From: Camelus ferus
Taxonomy: Eukaryota
DNA length: 64,000 bases
Assembly: GCF_009834535.1 (NCBI RefSeq)
Contig: NC_045696.1
Span: forward strand, 38,256,001 to 38,320,000
Direction: 5' to 3'
In this document: positions 39,725 to 52,290 of the stretch, piece by piece
Position numbering within the stretch: position 1 is the stretch's first letter
Layout: each line of letters starts with the position of its first letter
Position numbers and translations under genes: made by a program
Notes under the pieces: generated by a model
Databases searched by the model: none
What the model was told of the DNA's origin: nothing
Seen by the model: the letters and a program-made list of their open reading frames with translations, nothing else

Positions 39725-41320
39725 CTATAGTTTTCTTTATATTTCTCTTTCTTGGAATTTACTAAGCTTCCTGAAACTACGGGTTTCTCTATGATGAAAT
39801 TTAGAAATTTTTTTGTTATCCTTTTTCAGATAATATTTCTGCCCCAATCTCTCTTCTGTCTCTATCTGGGACTCCAAAAACATGTATGCAAGACTACTTC
39901 ATGCTGACCCTCGGGTCATTGAGCTTTTATTCCCTTTTCTCTTTTTCAAATCTCTTTTTTTCTTTATATTCCTCAGTGTGGATGATTTCTATTAACCTGT
40001 ATGTCAGGTTCAATGATCCTTTTTTCTATTTTGTCCAATATGCTTTAAATCTCATCCAGTGGATTCTTTTATTTCAGATATTGCATTGTTCAATTCCAGA
40101 ATTTTTCTTGGTTGTTTTGCTTTGCTTTGTTTTGTTCTGCAGTTTTTATATCTCTCCTGACTCAATGTAGTCATCTTTTCTTGTAGATTTTTTCATAGAT
40201 TTATCATAACTATTTCAAACTCCTCTTCACTAATTTCAGCAACTGGTTTGTCTGTTTCAACTGACAGATTTTTCTCTTGATACAGTGTCTTATTTTCCTA
40301 TTTCTTCACATGTTCAGTAAATTCTTATTTTATACAGGACATTATGGATGATACATAGTTATCATCCTTTGGTACCTGGGGGGATCAGTCCCGGGAGTCC
40401 CCGAGAACACCAGTATCCACAGATGCTCAAGTCCCTATTACATAAAATGGCATTGTAAAATGCATACATATATTTATTGAAAAAATCAGCATGTAGGTGG
40501 TCCTGTGCAGTTCAAACCTGTGTTGTTCGCGAGTCTCTGGATATTGTGATTTTCCTCTAAAACTTTTGAGTTTTCTTCTGTCAGGCAATTACGTTACTCA
40601 CAAATCACCTTGACTTTTTTGGAAGCTTAGTTTTAGGCTTTGTTAGGGTTATTTCGCTCTATTACGGTTTTGTACTTGGTTGTAGAGACAATCCCTTAGT
40701 CTGAGACAAGGTCTTTATTTCTAAGGCATGACTTTTCTGGTCTTCAGTGGAAAGCTGGAGTGTTTACAAAGCCTCTGAATTTGTCAGGACTTGAAATACA
40801 ACCTTACCTTCTTTGGGGTGGGCAGCTGCTAAAATCTCTAGTCAGCTTTTTCAGGCTTTCATCTCTTTTCCTCTGGGTGTCTTTCCCAGAACAAGAGCAG
40901 TTTGAGTTAACTAAGGCTTCCGGGGTATGTATATGCACCTTTTGGACTCCCCCTTCTCCAGCTCTCCACCGCTGCACCCCAACACCCAATTTCCAGCTGC
41001 TCTGTAAGCGAAAAAGTCCAACCTCTGATTCCTCAATAGGGTCAGGGTCAAAAAACCTGCAGCTTCCAGCTTGAGCTCTTTCTGTTCCCTTCCAGCCACC
41101 CCACCCCTTATATTATAGACTGAGAAATACGCTTAATGTAGATGGGATGTCTAAAATGTGTGATACTTTTCTTTTCAAGGATCTTATCTCCTTTAGTTTC
41201 TGCCTCCCTTAAGTCTCTTCCAGTTCCCTCATCCTTTGCCATTTCCAGAGTTTATTCCTTTTATTAACAAAAGACAGTCCAACATAAGCTATATTCTGCC
41301 ATTATCAGAAATTGAAAATA
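39725..41320 (-). mobile_element. Old L1/HAL1-like ORF1 and 5' region, interrupted by a Tigger-type MITE
   Basis: tctgggactccaaaaacatgtatg...ctttaaatctcatccagtgga...ttcaattccagaattttt...; ends ctgccattatcagaaattgaaa, like antisense old L1 5' ends. Confidence 0.7.
40354..40539. mobile_element. MER2-like TcMar-Tigger MITE
   Basis: ccagtatccacagatgctcaagtccct...ataaaatggc (MER2-like) and gtggtcctgtgcagttcaaacctgtgttgttc (Tigger2/MER8-like terminus). Confidence 0.8.
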
Positions 41321-44300
41321 TCCCAGAATAGTATTTTCAGCAGTCTTTTAAAATAGCTAATACCTCATGCTAATATTTAAAACCATAGAGCTATAAGACT
41401 TTATCTTTTAAGATATATTTTGTGACTTTAAAAGTTTGTGTTTTTGAAGTGTCCCCCCTCTTCTTAGTTACCATCTTATCATGATTTCATGTTACTTTCA
41501 CCTTCTGCCAATATCATATGTAGATATTATTATTTATACTTTAATTTCTTTGAGGGGGGCAATTCTGGATATCTTTAATATCAGGCCATACAATCAAATG
41601 AAATTTAATCTTAGCACAAATTTTTGCTTTATTTTTAGATCAGAAAGGTAGTTCACTAAAAATGCACTGGAGTCATCACTCCAGGATAGAATATTTAGAT
41701 TAGGAAACTCCCAGGGTGCCAGGAGTATTGCTGTACCTATCAGAAGTCTCCTAACGGGGATATGAGGAGAGGATGGATTAGCGTCCTTTCATGCCCAAAA
41801 CTTAAGGTCCTAGCTTCGTGTATACCTGAAAGCATTTCAAAACTAGCAAGTGCTTGATCATCTCCTACTCCTACTCATTACTAAACTTAAACTATGTACA
41901 CTTAGATTTTGAAATTGCTGAGAGATTCCAGGTATTTGCAGTGGCAGCTCAGAAGAAAATTTACCCATTTTTCTACCATAAGCCTCTGCCATTGCCACAC
42001 ACTGTATTTTTCAGTGTCAGCCAATGTTATTTAAAGTGTACAGTGGAGAGAGATGTCCCATGATGGTTTCACTAAAAAGGAATATAGCATACCATTCCTG
42101 GTAGGTATTCCTAAATTAAAATAAGGTTTTAAAGACTGAAATATTTTTTCAATTATAGAAATAAGCAGTCCAAGTACAAACACACAAAACATTTAAATTG
42201 GACATTCTCAGATTTTCCAGAATATACTGTACCAAGGAATCCTTTTTGGTTATTGTAGTTAGTCCTACCTGCTGCAGTGCAGAATTGTTCAGTGGGGCAC
42301 TCTTAAATTCAGTTTGGTCTCAGTTCCTACTTATAACCCTAACAGTTGTCTTATACTGGTTCTGTGTTGCCCTCTGAGCTAACTTAGACACACACTGGTA
42401 ATATAAAATTTACCTTTTAATAACCAGCTAATTGCATTAATCTTTATTTTATTCTCTAACAATGTTTATAATTAACAGAGTTCATGAGCTTGCTATCATT
42501 CTCCTGTCTTTTTTGTTTACTCATTTTAATCCTTGAGGATTCATTATGCTTAGAAAATTTCACCTTCTTTCCTTCAAGCTGCAGTTTATATTCCATCTCT
42601 TATAAGATACTGTCTTAAATTGTCTAAAACAGTTTCGTACTCAATATTTAAATGTCGCTAAGATCAACTAGTATTGTGTGTCATGTCTACCTAATTGTTG
42701 TTGTAATCTTCCAGTGAGAAAAGGAATTTGCCACTTTTCTCCTATTACAGCACCTGTGGCTTGTGAAACCTATATTTAATTACTAAATCATGGAAAATAA
42801 AGTTTTCACTGATTTCACCTGTATAATATACCTAGTTTATACATCATGACTTTGAGAAGGTTTCTATTTTGGATTGTCCTTCTATTTAGTGACAAACTTT
42901 TATCTGCTTCTATTTTATTCTCCAAATCTGAATCTTTTAATTCTATTTGTCTGCACTAAGTAGCAACCCATTGGCCAGAAACTTACGGAAATCAAATTAA
43001 TTTTACTATTACTGTGTATTTTGACTTTGCATCTTCAAATTTGAAAGATATATTTTAACATTGAATCTTTTATGAACTCTTGTGGACTCTTATAAACTGT
43101 TTTTTTCTTTTAGATAAGTCGAAGGAATTTCATTTGTGTCTGTGAGCACTTTTAATTCAACAGGTTTTGTGATTGTTCAGTGTTAAATGTCCGCAATATT
43201 ATGTTGATGAACACCTTCAGCTTATGTTTCTGTCATTAAACTGTAGATTTCTTCCCCACAATATGTTGTTATTGTTCATGCTATAGTAAGTTACTAGTAG
43301 AGTTTCCCTTTCAAATTGTAAAATATATTTTCTGGTTTACTGAGGTTTTTTTTCATAGAGGGAAATAAATTCTCTCGTATTTAAGCTACAAAGGAGATTA
43401 TTTGTATACTTCACTCTGACTGACTAGACTATTTTGATTTTTAATTTAAAGGCATGGGGGTCAGTGTTAATTTCTATCAGGTTTTCCTTCCTTACAGCTT
43501 TAGTCTTCGTTTCTGTTTTTAGAATTTATGCTAAAAGATTAATTTTAATTTTATCTTGCTCTGCCATTATTAAAGGAATTACGTTAACACATTTGGGTTT
43601 TCTAATCTTAGTAGTAAATTATCATTTTCATAAGTGATAATTTGTTTTTTTAGAACTATTTTCAGCACACCTCATTATTTTTTAACTGTAGCTTTGAAAT
43701 AACCAAATACATGTTTCTAGAATAATCAGACAAAAAATATCAAGGAAATAGATATTTCTATTGATTTTGTGTTTTGTCAAGCTAGCTACATGTTGAGTAA
43801 CTATAATTTTACTATATGTGTAACTATGTCATGGACATATGGAAAGTGGGTATAGAAATATTTGTAAAAATTAATTTATAACATTTATATTACTTTACAG
43901 AGTCTTCAAGTATTAGTGAACTTTAAAGTTATAAATTTAAAAATGTACAATTAGGAGGGCAAATGTGCTTGAAATAAATATTAACAAATTAAGTACCATA
44001 AAAGTGTCTTTTTCTAAAGAAGTTTTAATGCTAAATATGGAAACATAAGGTGGAAAAGAAGTCCTTTAAATATGGTGGCTTTAAATATTATTTTTGTTCT
44101 TGGAATTATAAAACATAACTTTGTTCATTACCTGTTTTTTATGTACTAGAACCATGAAGAATGGTGGTGCCATTTACAGTTTATACCTACTTTCAGTCAT
44201 AATAACTGAAATTAAATATATTGATTCTCTAATGTCTACCCAAGCCCTGTGTAGGCTTAAATGATTCAGGAACACTAAGAGCATTTACATTAGTGGTTAC

Positions 44301-47089
44301 TGTTTTAGCAACCTCTCTTCCTTTAAGTATTTTTCACCATGTTCGTTTTCACTAAACCTGAAGACAGTACTCATATTAACATTTTTATACATTTTAGAAA
44401 ACAACTAACTAAATCATCAGTAGTTTTACTACATGTCAGATAGTCAGTATTGGGGAAAAATCAAATTAAAAATATTTTGCATATTGTAACTATTTACATT
44501 GATCTTTGAAACAAATTAAGGGTGATATATTCCTACCAACATACAATCTTATTTTTTTCATTCAAGGTTAGAAATGTAATCAACAATATTTTAAGTTTGG
44601 TAAACACATGCAACTATTATATATATTACATATATATGTGAAACTATTGTATATAGTACACATGGAAATAATTTTTACTTATCCTTAATAAACAATGCAT
44701 TTAATATTTTCTCATCTGTGTAAGAACATGCTATATTTTAATATTTTTTAAAAATCCAGCTTATAAAGATAGCATATCAAAATTAGATTGCCCTGAAGAA
44801 ACATACTTCATTTTGTATAACAGGAATCATGCTAAATAGTTCAGCTTTCCTTAGAAATCGTTTTTACTTATGCATAGTTCTAAGGATGCTTCAGATCTGA
44901 CTCAGACATGCACATTTTCAAATATAACTTGATTTGAGTTAATATAATGTAATTATATTTATCTTGAGAATATTGTTGATTTGACATAGGAAGACTCATT
45001 AGTGAAAATGAATACGTAATGTCATACCGTTTAACACCTTCACCATGCAAAGTTGCTAAAACAGTATGGAAAAAACCTCCTAAGGAAAATTTGATATAGC
45101 TTTCCTATGCTTTTCCAGACCTATTTTCAACACTGCTAAAAGGGGGGAAAATTCAAGAAGGCACTGAAGAGACCACCTCACCAGACCCCGCTGTTACTTC
45201 TCCTCTGGATGTACATGCTGCAGCTCCATAGGAGCCAGGTTGGAAAAGTTTCTAGGAAAAAACATGTTCATTAATGGCATATATTTTTAAGTAGAAAGAT
45301 TCTTTTTCTATGGGAGTTTGTCTTTCTAGGCCTCAGAGTTAAGAACATTAAAAAGCCCATATTTTTAGTTTGAATGTAACATTTATTTCTTAATTGTTAT
45401 TTTTTTAAAATATCGATGATAAGCATCTGGCTTCTTAAAAATTTTTTTGAAATGTAATGGTTCCAAAGTATGCAAAATTAATTAATTAGAAAACGCTGTG
45501 GTTCTGTTTTATATGAACTTAAAAAAAATCAAGCTGTTACTAATCTATTATAATGATAGAGTATGAAGTTAAATTATTGTAAAAAGTTACATCAACTTTT
45601 TCAAGTTCTTATGTGCATACTACATAAATGGCAGTAGGTTGTTTCTATAGTGTTCTTTTTTCTGTACCTCAAGCTCAAGGAAATGTATATTATCGCTCTT
45701 GATTCCAAGTGAAAGTTTAAAAGTAATAAGTTTTCACATAATGTTGTTAATTATCTATACCTGGGAAGACTCTGAAGCTACAGGTCAGTGAGTTAGCAAA
45801 ACAACCTTAAAAGGGCATTTTTCTTCCTAAGACTAATCTTAAAACCTAATTTTCAGAGTTCATATATTTTAAAAACATAAGTTAAATTTTGAATAAAAAA
45901 TCTAAAAAACACAATAGGTAATATCCCTGACATTTTAAATTCTGAATTCATAGGTACACAAAAAGTAAGAATTATCTTTGCATGTGTATAAGAGCTAATG
46001 TTACATGTCTGTCTAAAGTATGATACTTCTAAAGTTTAGGATCTCTCTCTAATTGTTAATAATTTTCTTGCTAACTTGGTAAAGGAAAAATCAGTGATTT
46101 ATATGTGATTTATAACCTTTATCACATTTGCTTTGTATTATAATTATTGTTTCAAGGGAGTGTTTTTTGTTGTTCTTTTTCTTTCCCTCACGCTAAAGTG
46201 TAAACTCCTTTAGAGAAGTGATCATATATCAGTATATCATTTAGGTTTCTGTCTGCTGTGAGGTCTAATAAATTTTCACATATTAGAAAGTTTGTTGACA
46301 GAACTAAGTGTATAATGTCAGGCATTAAAAACAAATACTTAGCCCCAAAAATGTGCTTTATTGACTTGTTTAAAAATAGGCTATCAGTTCCTAACATTTG
46401 GTATCAATTCAGAAGCATTAATGAGTCCATCTGCCTGAAAACTCTAAAGCAACTTTGATGTGTGTATGTGACTTCTCTCTCTCCTTAATGGCCTAAGACA
46501 GTGATGACTTGGACAGAACTAGAATGATGATGTAAATTGTATTGTAAAATTCTAACTTTCTTGTGTTGCACTGGGTAAATACTCAGTGAAACTGAAGTTC
46601 TGGTTATCAGACTTATTAAACATAAAATAAATAATAATGTAGGGTTCTTTGGTTTTGTGAGACAAATTTATCTATTCTAAGTTCTGTAGAATATAATATG
46701 GATCAGCAAAACTGAAATGTATAAAGCAAATGCATAAAGAGAAAATGGACCAAGTAACAAGATTCTCTAACAGGTTGAGATAGAGAAAAACCAACTTCAT
46801 TAACCTGTTAATTGGTAAATCATTTGAATTAATGTGTTAAAACATTTTTTTTCAGTGAAAAAGAAAGGGTCATAAATAGATCAGCTTGAGGAGTTCATAG
46901 TGAGAGGTGAGAAAAAGCAATAACTCTACAAACATCTGCTCCCAGTGAATGAAGCAGATCTCCCAAGTGGCTATTAGAAAGGATTATAGTCCCTTAGAAA
47001 CAGTCTGGGAATTAAGATGATTTAGTTCAACCCTTTCATTCTCTCCCCTAATAGAGACTTTATTTATATCTATAGACGTGTTATCTATA

Positions 47090-47172
47090 TTTATGTGTGT
47101 ATATGTGTATGTAGATACAGATATGTGTATATATATTTGTGTATATATATATGCACACATATGTACACACAC
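47090..47172. repeat. Degenerate TA/TG/CA low-complexity repeat
   Basis: atgtgtgtatatgtgtatg...tgtgtatatatatatgcacacatatgtacacacaca. Confidence 0.8.
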
Positions 47173-47469
47173 ATAATCATATTAAAAATTGAAAGATGGG
47201 CTAGCAGCCTATATTTTCCTAGAGAAGAAACTGTAAAAATTAAAATAAAACAGAGATAAACAGAGGAAATGAATTTAAGATTTTGGAAATTATCATTTAA
47301 ATGTAAGAAAGATGAATTATGCAATTCATGATATATATTCTCTGATTTAGTAGTGGTATTCTAATTCATCATCAATTGTATTATATATATATGCACATAT
47401 TAATACACTGCAATATATTTATCCCTGTCAACTATTATACATTTTTCTATAAAATTCCTTGAAAAATTA

Positions 47470-48445
47470 TCTATATGTTGTCTCCTTTTCCTTACCATGA
47501 AAGAGCTCTCTATAGTCCCCATCTTCTCTGATAACCTCTCTAGTTAGACTTTTGTCCAACTGTTCACTAAACCAACTCAGCTCAAGATCACGTATAACAC
47601 TCACATTGTGAAATTTAGAAGTCAGTTTTCAGTCTTCATCTTCCTTGATTTATGAGTGGCACTTATTCATATACTAGCTACCTCTTTTTTTGAAACAGTT
47701 GTATCACTTGACTTCCATAAAATCACTTTGTTTCTTCTCTCTCTCTCTCTCTTTTTTTCTTCTCAATTTCCTTGGCTGGGTTCTCCTTTAGGGATCAATG
47801 CTTTGACTCTTATATTGCCATTTACTCTTCATATGGTCTTATTCAGTCTTAAGACTTTAAATATGTTAATGAATCCTGAATTTATATTTTAGCCTGGGCT
47901 TCTCTGAACTCAGACTTGTATATCCAGAATTGCACCTGTTCAACTTAGATGTCTGTCAGGCATCTTATATACAAACCTGAACTCCTTATCTATCCACCTT
48001 AACCTGCTTCTCCCATAGTCATCACCATTTCATAAAAGGGAAATTATAGTATTCCAGTATCTGTAGACAAAAACTTGGAGTTATATTTGACCTCACTTTT
48101 TCTCAAAATTTATAACTTTATAAATTTATAAAATTTATAAAATTTTAACAGCAAATTTTTGTGGCTTTACCTTCAAAATACATTCAAAATTTGATTGCTT
48201 TTTAACACCATTATTGCAACCACTCTGGTCCATGGTGCCATCATCTTTCTCCTAGATTTAGTATAGTAGCCTCCTAAATAGATTTTCTTTATTTCTTTTT
48301 CATTAAATGGAGGTACCAGGGATTGAACCCAGGACCTTGTGCATGATAAGCATGTGCTTTGCCATTGAGCTGTACTCTCATCTCCCTAAATAGATTTTCT
48401 GATTCCATACTTACCATCTCGTCAATAGCCTATTTAACTTTGTAG
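47470..48445 (+). mobile_element. L2 LINE fragment, interrupted by a SINE
   Basis: gctcaagatcac...tcagtcttcatcttccttga, tctctgaactcagacttgtatatcca, caacttagatgtct, aaaacttggagttatatttgac, ggctttaccttcaaaata. Confidence 0.85.
48289..48384 (-). mobile_element. tRNA-derived SINE, camelid Vic-1 type, with 16-bp TSD
   Basis: Minus strand reads gagatgagagtacagctcaatggcaaagcacatgcttatcatgcacaaggtcctgggttcaatccctggtacctcc plus A-rich tail (A box and B box present); cctaaatagattttct at 48273-48288 and 48385-48400. Confidence 0.9.
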
Positions 48446-48679
48446 ACCTGTGCTGTGTAGTATGGAGCCCCAGGACCAATGGGTTCCTTGAAATGAAGTT
48501 GTCTTCACTCACCATGTAATGTCTGAATTGTACATCTGGGTAGATTGAATGAGCAGCTAACTTTTGTATGGCCAAGACTAATAAAGGTTGTGTAAGCCAG
48601 ATATTGGAGTTATGATAGGTTCCCAACTTATTCTAATAATTAGCATATATTCCTAGCTCCCCCAAATAAAAGTGCACAC

Positions 48680-48850
48680 CTGTATGACTTTGATCAGAAC
48701 AGTTAGCATTTTCATATTTGGTTTCCTCCTCTATAAAATAACTAAAATAATATTGCCTACTTTGTAGATTTTTTTTGAGGGTTAAACTGAAAATAAATGA
48801 ATGAATAAATATAAACCAGTTAATACAGCAACCCGTACCTACTATGGATT
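48680..48850 (+). mobile_element. MIR SINE fragment
   Basis: ggtttcctcctctataaaata...aataatattgcctactttgtag...tgagggttaaa. Confidence 0.65.
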
Positions 48851-49863
48851 CTCTTATTTTCTAGTTCTTGGTATGGCTAACACTGCTCACTCCCTAATTC
48901 AAATGCTGATGCTTTGTCTGATCTGTGAAGTCTAGGACCTCTTAGACAAGAGTTAGTCACTGTTGACCCTGGGCCCCCATGGTACCCTGTGCACAATGCT
49001 GGTATGATCCTTATTGCCCTTGCTGTTCTGAGGTGTACTGAGTTGTGGCTCTCTCCCTCATTAGATTGAAACTCTGTGAAGTCAAGGGACATGTCTTTTT
49101 CTCAGTTGTAATATATTAGTTCATAGAGAAATGACTGTGATAATTGGGTTCTTAAAATTGAAACAACTGAATGATGAAAGTTGAACAGAAACAACAAATT
49201 ATCATTATTCATGAGAGATAATCTTCCAAAGACACCCTTAATCCAAAATAACTAATAATGTGTTAACTCTCAAGCCTCCTGATTTTATGAAATCATTTTT
49301 GAATATTGATGTTTTAGTGTGTTTACCAAGTCTACCTTTACTTTTCATTATTTATCTATAGTGCTATTCACATCATAATTGCCATTCTCCATGCTTAAAT
49401 ATTAATTTTCTACCATTATCTCTGATGTCTAGCTAGTTTTTCATTATTAACATTGAAATATTTTCTAATGGCATTAGTGATATAAGAGAGGGAGTGATGC
49501 CTAATTATAATTTTCATATAATTTAACCCACATTTATTTTTTGTTTTCTAATTTTCCTTAGTTATGAAGTATATTTTAGTGTTTACTTTCTGGCATTTCT
49601 TTCAATTTAGTTGATAATTGATAGTGTTTTGGCAGTGACATTATAATAGTGAAAAAAATCTGTTTTTTTATTCCTTAAATGCTTCAATGTTTCAAATCTC
49701 ATTTTCAAGAAAAACTTAACTGAGAAGCTGATAAAAGGAAGATTTTCTCCAGCATGATCAGTATTTTTCTTACATCCAGATTGTAGTTCCATAATACCTA
49801 CTTCTGCAATCCTGCATTACTTTTTTTAAGCACCAAAAGGATGCTTGATGCATAGTTTTCTGG

Positions 49864-51812
49864 TTTTTTTTTTAATTGAAATATAGTTGATATACACTCT
49901 TACATAAGTTACAGATGTAAAACATAGTGATTCACAAATTTTAAAGGTTATACTTCATTTATAGTTACTATAAAATACTGGCTGTATTCCCTCTATTGTA
50001 CAATACATCCTTGTAACTTACTTACTTTATACATAATAATTTGTATCTCTTAATCCCTTACCCCTATCTTGCCCCTCCTCCCTTTCCTCTCCCCATTGGT
50101 AACCACTAGTTTGTTCTCTATGAGTCTGTTCACTTTTTGTTATATTTACTTTTTTTTTTTTTAGATTCTAGATGTAAATAATATCATACAGTATTTGTCT
50201 TTCTTTGTCTTATTTATTACACTTTGCATAATACACTCCAAGTCCATCCATGTTGTTGCAGATGGCAAAAGTTTATTCTTTTTTGTAATTGAGTAGTGTT
50301 CTATTGTATATATGCACCACACCTTTTTCATCTATTCATCTATTGATGGACACTTCGGTTCCTTTCATATCTTGGCAGTTGTAAATAATGCTGCTATGAA
50401 CATTGGGTGCATGTATCTTTAAAAAAAAATAGGGTTTTTGTTTTCTTTGGATATATATCCAGAAGTAGAATTGCTGGGTCACATGGTAGTTCTAGGTTTA
50501 GTTTTATGAGAAACCTCCATACTGTTTTCCACAGTGGATGCACCAATTTATATTCCTACAACAGTGTACAGGGTTCCCTTTTCTCCACATCTTTTCAACA
50601 TTTGTTATTTGTTGATACCTTTTTGACAGATATCTCATTGTGGTTTTAATTTGCATTTCTCTGATGATTAAAGTTGTATACTTTTTCATGTGCCTGTTGG
50701 CCATCTGCATTTCCTCTTTGGAAAAATGTGTATTCAGGTCTTCTGCTCATTTTTTAATTAGGTTTTTTTTTTTTGATGTTTAGTTGTATGAACTGTTTAT
50801 ATTTTGAACTATTAACCACTTATCAATCATATCATTTGCAAATATTTTGTTCAGTAGGTTGTCTATTTGTTTAGCTGATGATTTCCTTTGCTATGCAAAA
50901 GCTTTTTTTGGGGGGAGGTTCTTTTTTATTGAATTTTTTATATGTGTCAATTTCTGGTGTACCGCATAATGTCCCAGTCATGCATATGTTCATTTTCATA
51001 TTCTTTTTCATTAAAGGTTGTTACAAGATATTGAACATAGTTCCCTGTGCTATACAGAAGAAATTCATCTTTTATCTATTTTATATATAGTGATTAACAT
51101 TTGCAAATCTCAAAAGCATTTTAAATTTAGTTATGTCCCATTTGTTTATTTTTGCCTTTTTTCCTTTGCTTTAGTAGATGGATCCAAAAAAAATTACTCT
51201 GATTTATGTCAAAGAGTATTCTGCCTTTGTTTTCTCTAGAAGTTTTATGGTTTTAAATTTTCTGGTTTTAAATTTTTTTTGGTTAGTCTGGTCTTAAATT
51301 TAAGACATTAATTCATTTTGAGTTTATTTTTGTATAAGGTGTATGAAGAAAGTTCTAATAATTTAATTCTTTTACATATAGCTTTTCAGTTTTCCCAGAA
51401 CCACTTATTGAAGAGACTGTCTTTTCTCCATTGTATATTCTTGCCTCCTTTGTCATAGATTAATTGACTCTAAGTCTGTGGGTTTATTTCTGGGCTCTTT
51501 ATTCTATTCCATGGATCTATATGTCTGGTTTTGTACCAGTACCATACTGTTTTGATTACTGTAGCTTTGTATTACTATCTGAAGTAAGGGAATGTGATTC
51601 CTCCAGCTCAGTTCTTCTTTCTCAAGATTGTTCTGGCTATTTGTGATCCTTTGTGTTTCCATACAAAGTTTAAAATTATTTGTTCTAGTTCTATGACAAA
51701 TGCCCTTGATATTTTGATAGGTATTGCACTGAACCTATATTTTGCTTTGGGTAGTATGGTCATGTTAACAATATTAGTTTTTCCAATACATGAACACACT
51801 ATATCTTTTAAC
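49864..51812 (-). mobile_element. L1 3' portion (ORF2 end plus 3'UTR; L1MA9/laurasiatherian-like), 5'-truncated
   Basis: Poly-T then aattgaaatatagttgat...; minus-strand ORFs [24 protein letters not shown] and IVNMTILPKAKYRFSAIPIKI...ELEQIILNFVW are L1 ORF2p remnants. Confidence 0.95.
50908..51110 (-). mobile_element. Younger (camelid-type) L1 3' end nested in the older L1
   Basis: tgtgtcaatttctggtgtac...aatgtcccagtcatgcatat...gatattgaacatagttccctgtgctatacagaaga; flanked by caaaagctttt and caaaagcatttt. Confidence 0.8.
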
Positions 51813-52104
51813 CTATCACTTGATTTAATTCTTTGTTCTAGTGTACTTTATCTCATATTTGTGATATAAAGAAATCAAAATATGCTTCTTTAGCTTTATT
51901 ATATTTTATTTTATTAAAGGTGAACTTACTAGATTTCAAGAGTATTTACAAAGTACTCATTACTAACTACTCAGTTATTAATACCTCCTAATAAAAAGGC
52001 ACACAATTCTTTGCTGAGAGAATTTGAGTATCTTAAATATTAAGAGACAATCTCTGATATCAAGATGATTATGATATAATAAGAGTATACACTGTATAGA
52101 TAAT

Positions 52105-52290
52105 CATCATCATTATCATAATTGTTTTACATGATATTTTATAGTTTATCAAATAGCTTCACTAATGGAGATTCAAAATTATCAACTTTGTGAAGTTATA
52201 TTGTGTTCTTTATTTTACAGATAAAGAATTTGAAGATTAGATAAGTTTAAGTAACTAATTTAAGTTTACTTGAAGTGTTGAACCTATGGA
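52105..52290 (-). mobile_element. MIR fragment
   Basis: tattttacagataaagaatttgaagattaga...tttaagtaact. Confidence 0.55.

Noticed and set aside
43114..43141. 28-nt exon candidate (ttttag|ATAAGTCG...TCT|gtgagc)
   Set aside because: Weak donor, not frame-preserving and no recognisable peptide.
48106..48147. tttataaa palindromic repeats
   Set aside because: AT-only slippage expansion inside an L2; expected by chance.
48305..48384. tRNA gene
   Set aside because: Degenerate stems, A-rich tail and TSD identify it as a SINE, not a tRNA.
50407..51869. Cluster of overlapping ORFs
   Set aside because: Sense and antisense readings of decayed L1 ORF2 and 3'UTR.
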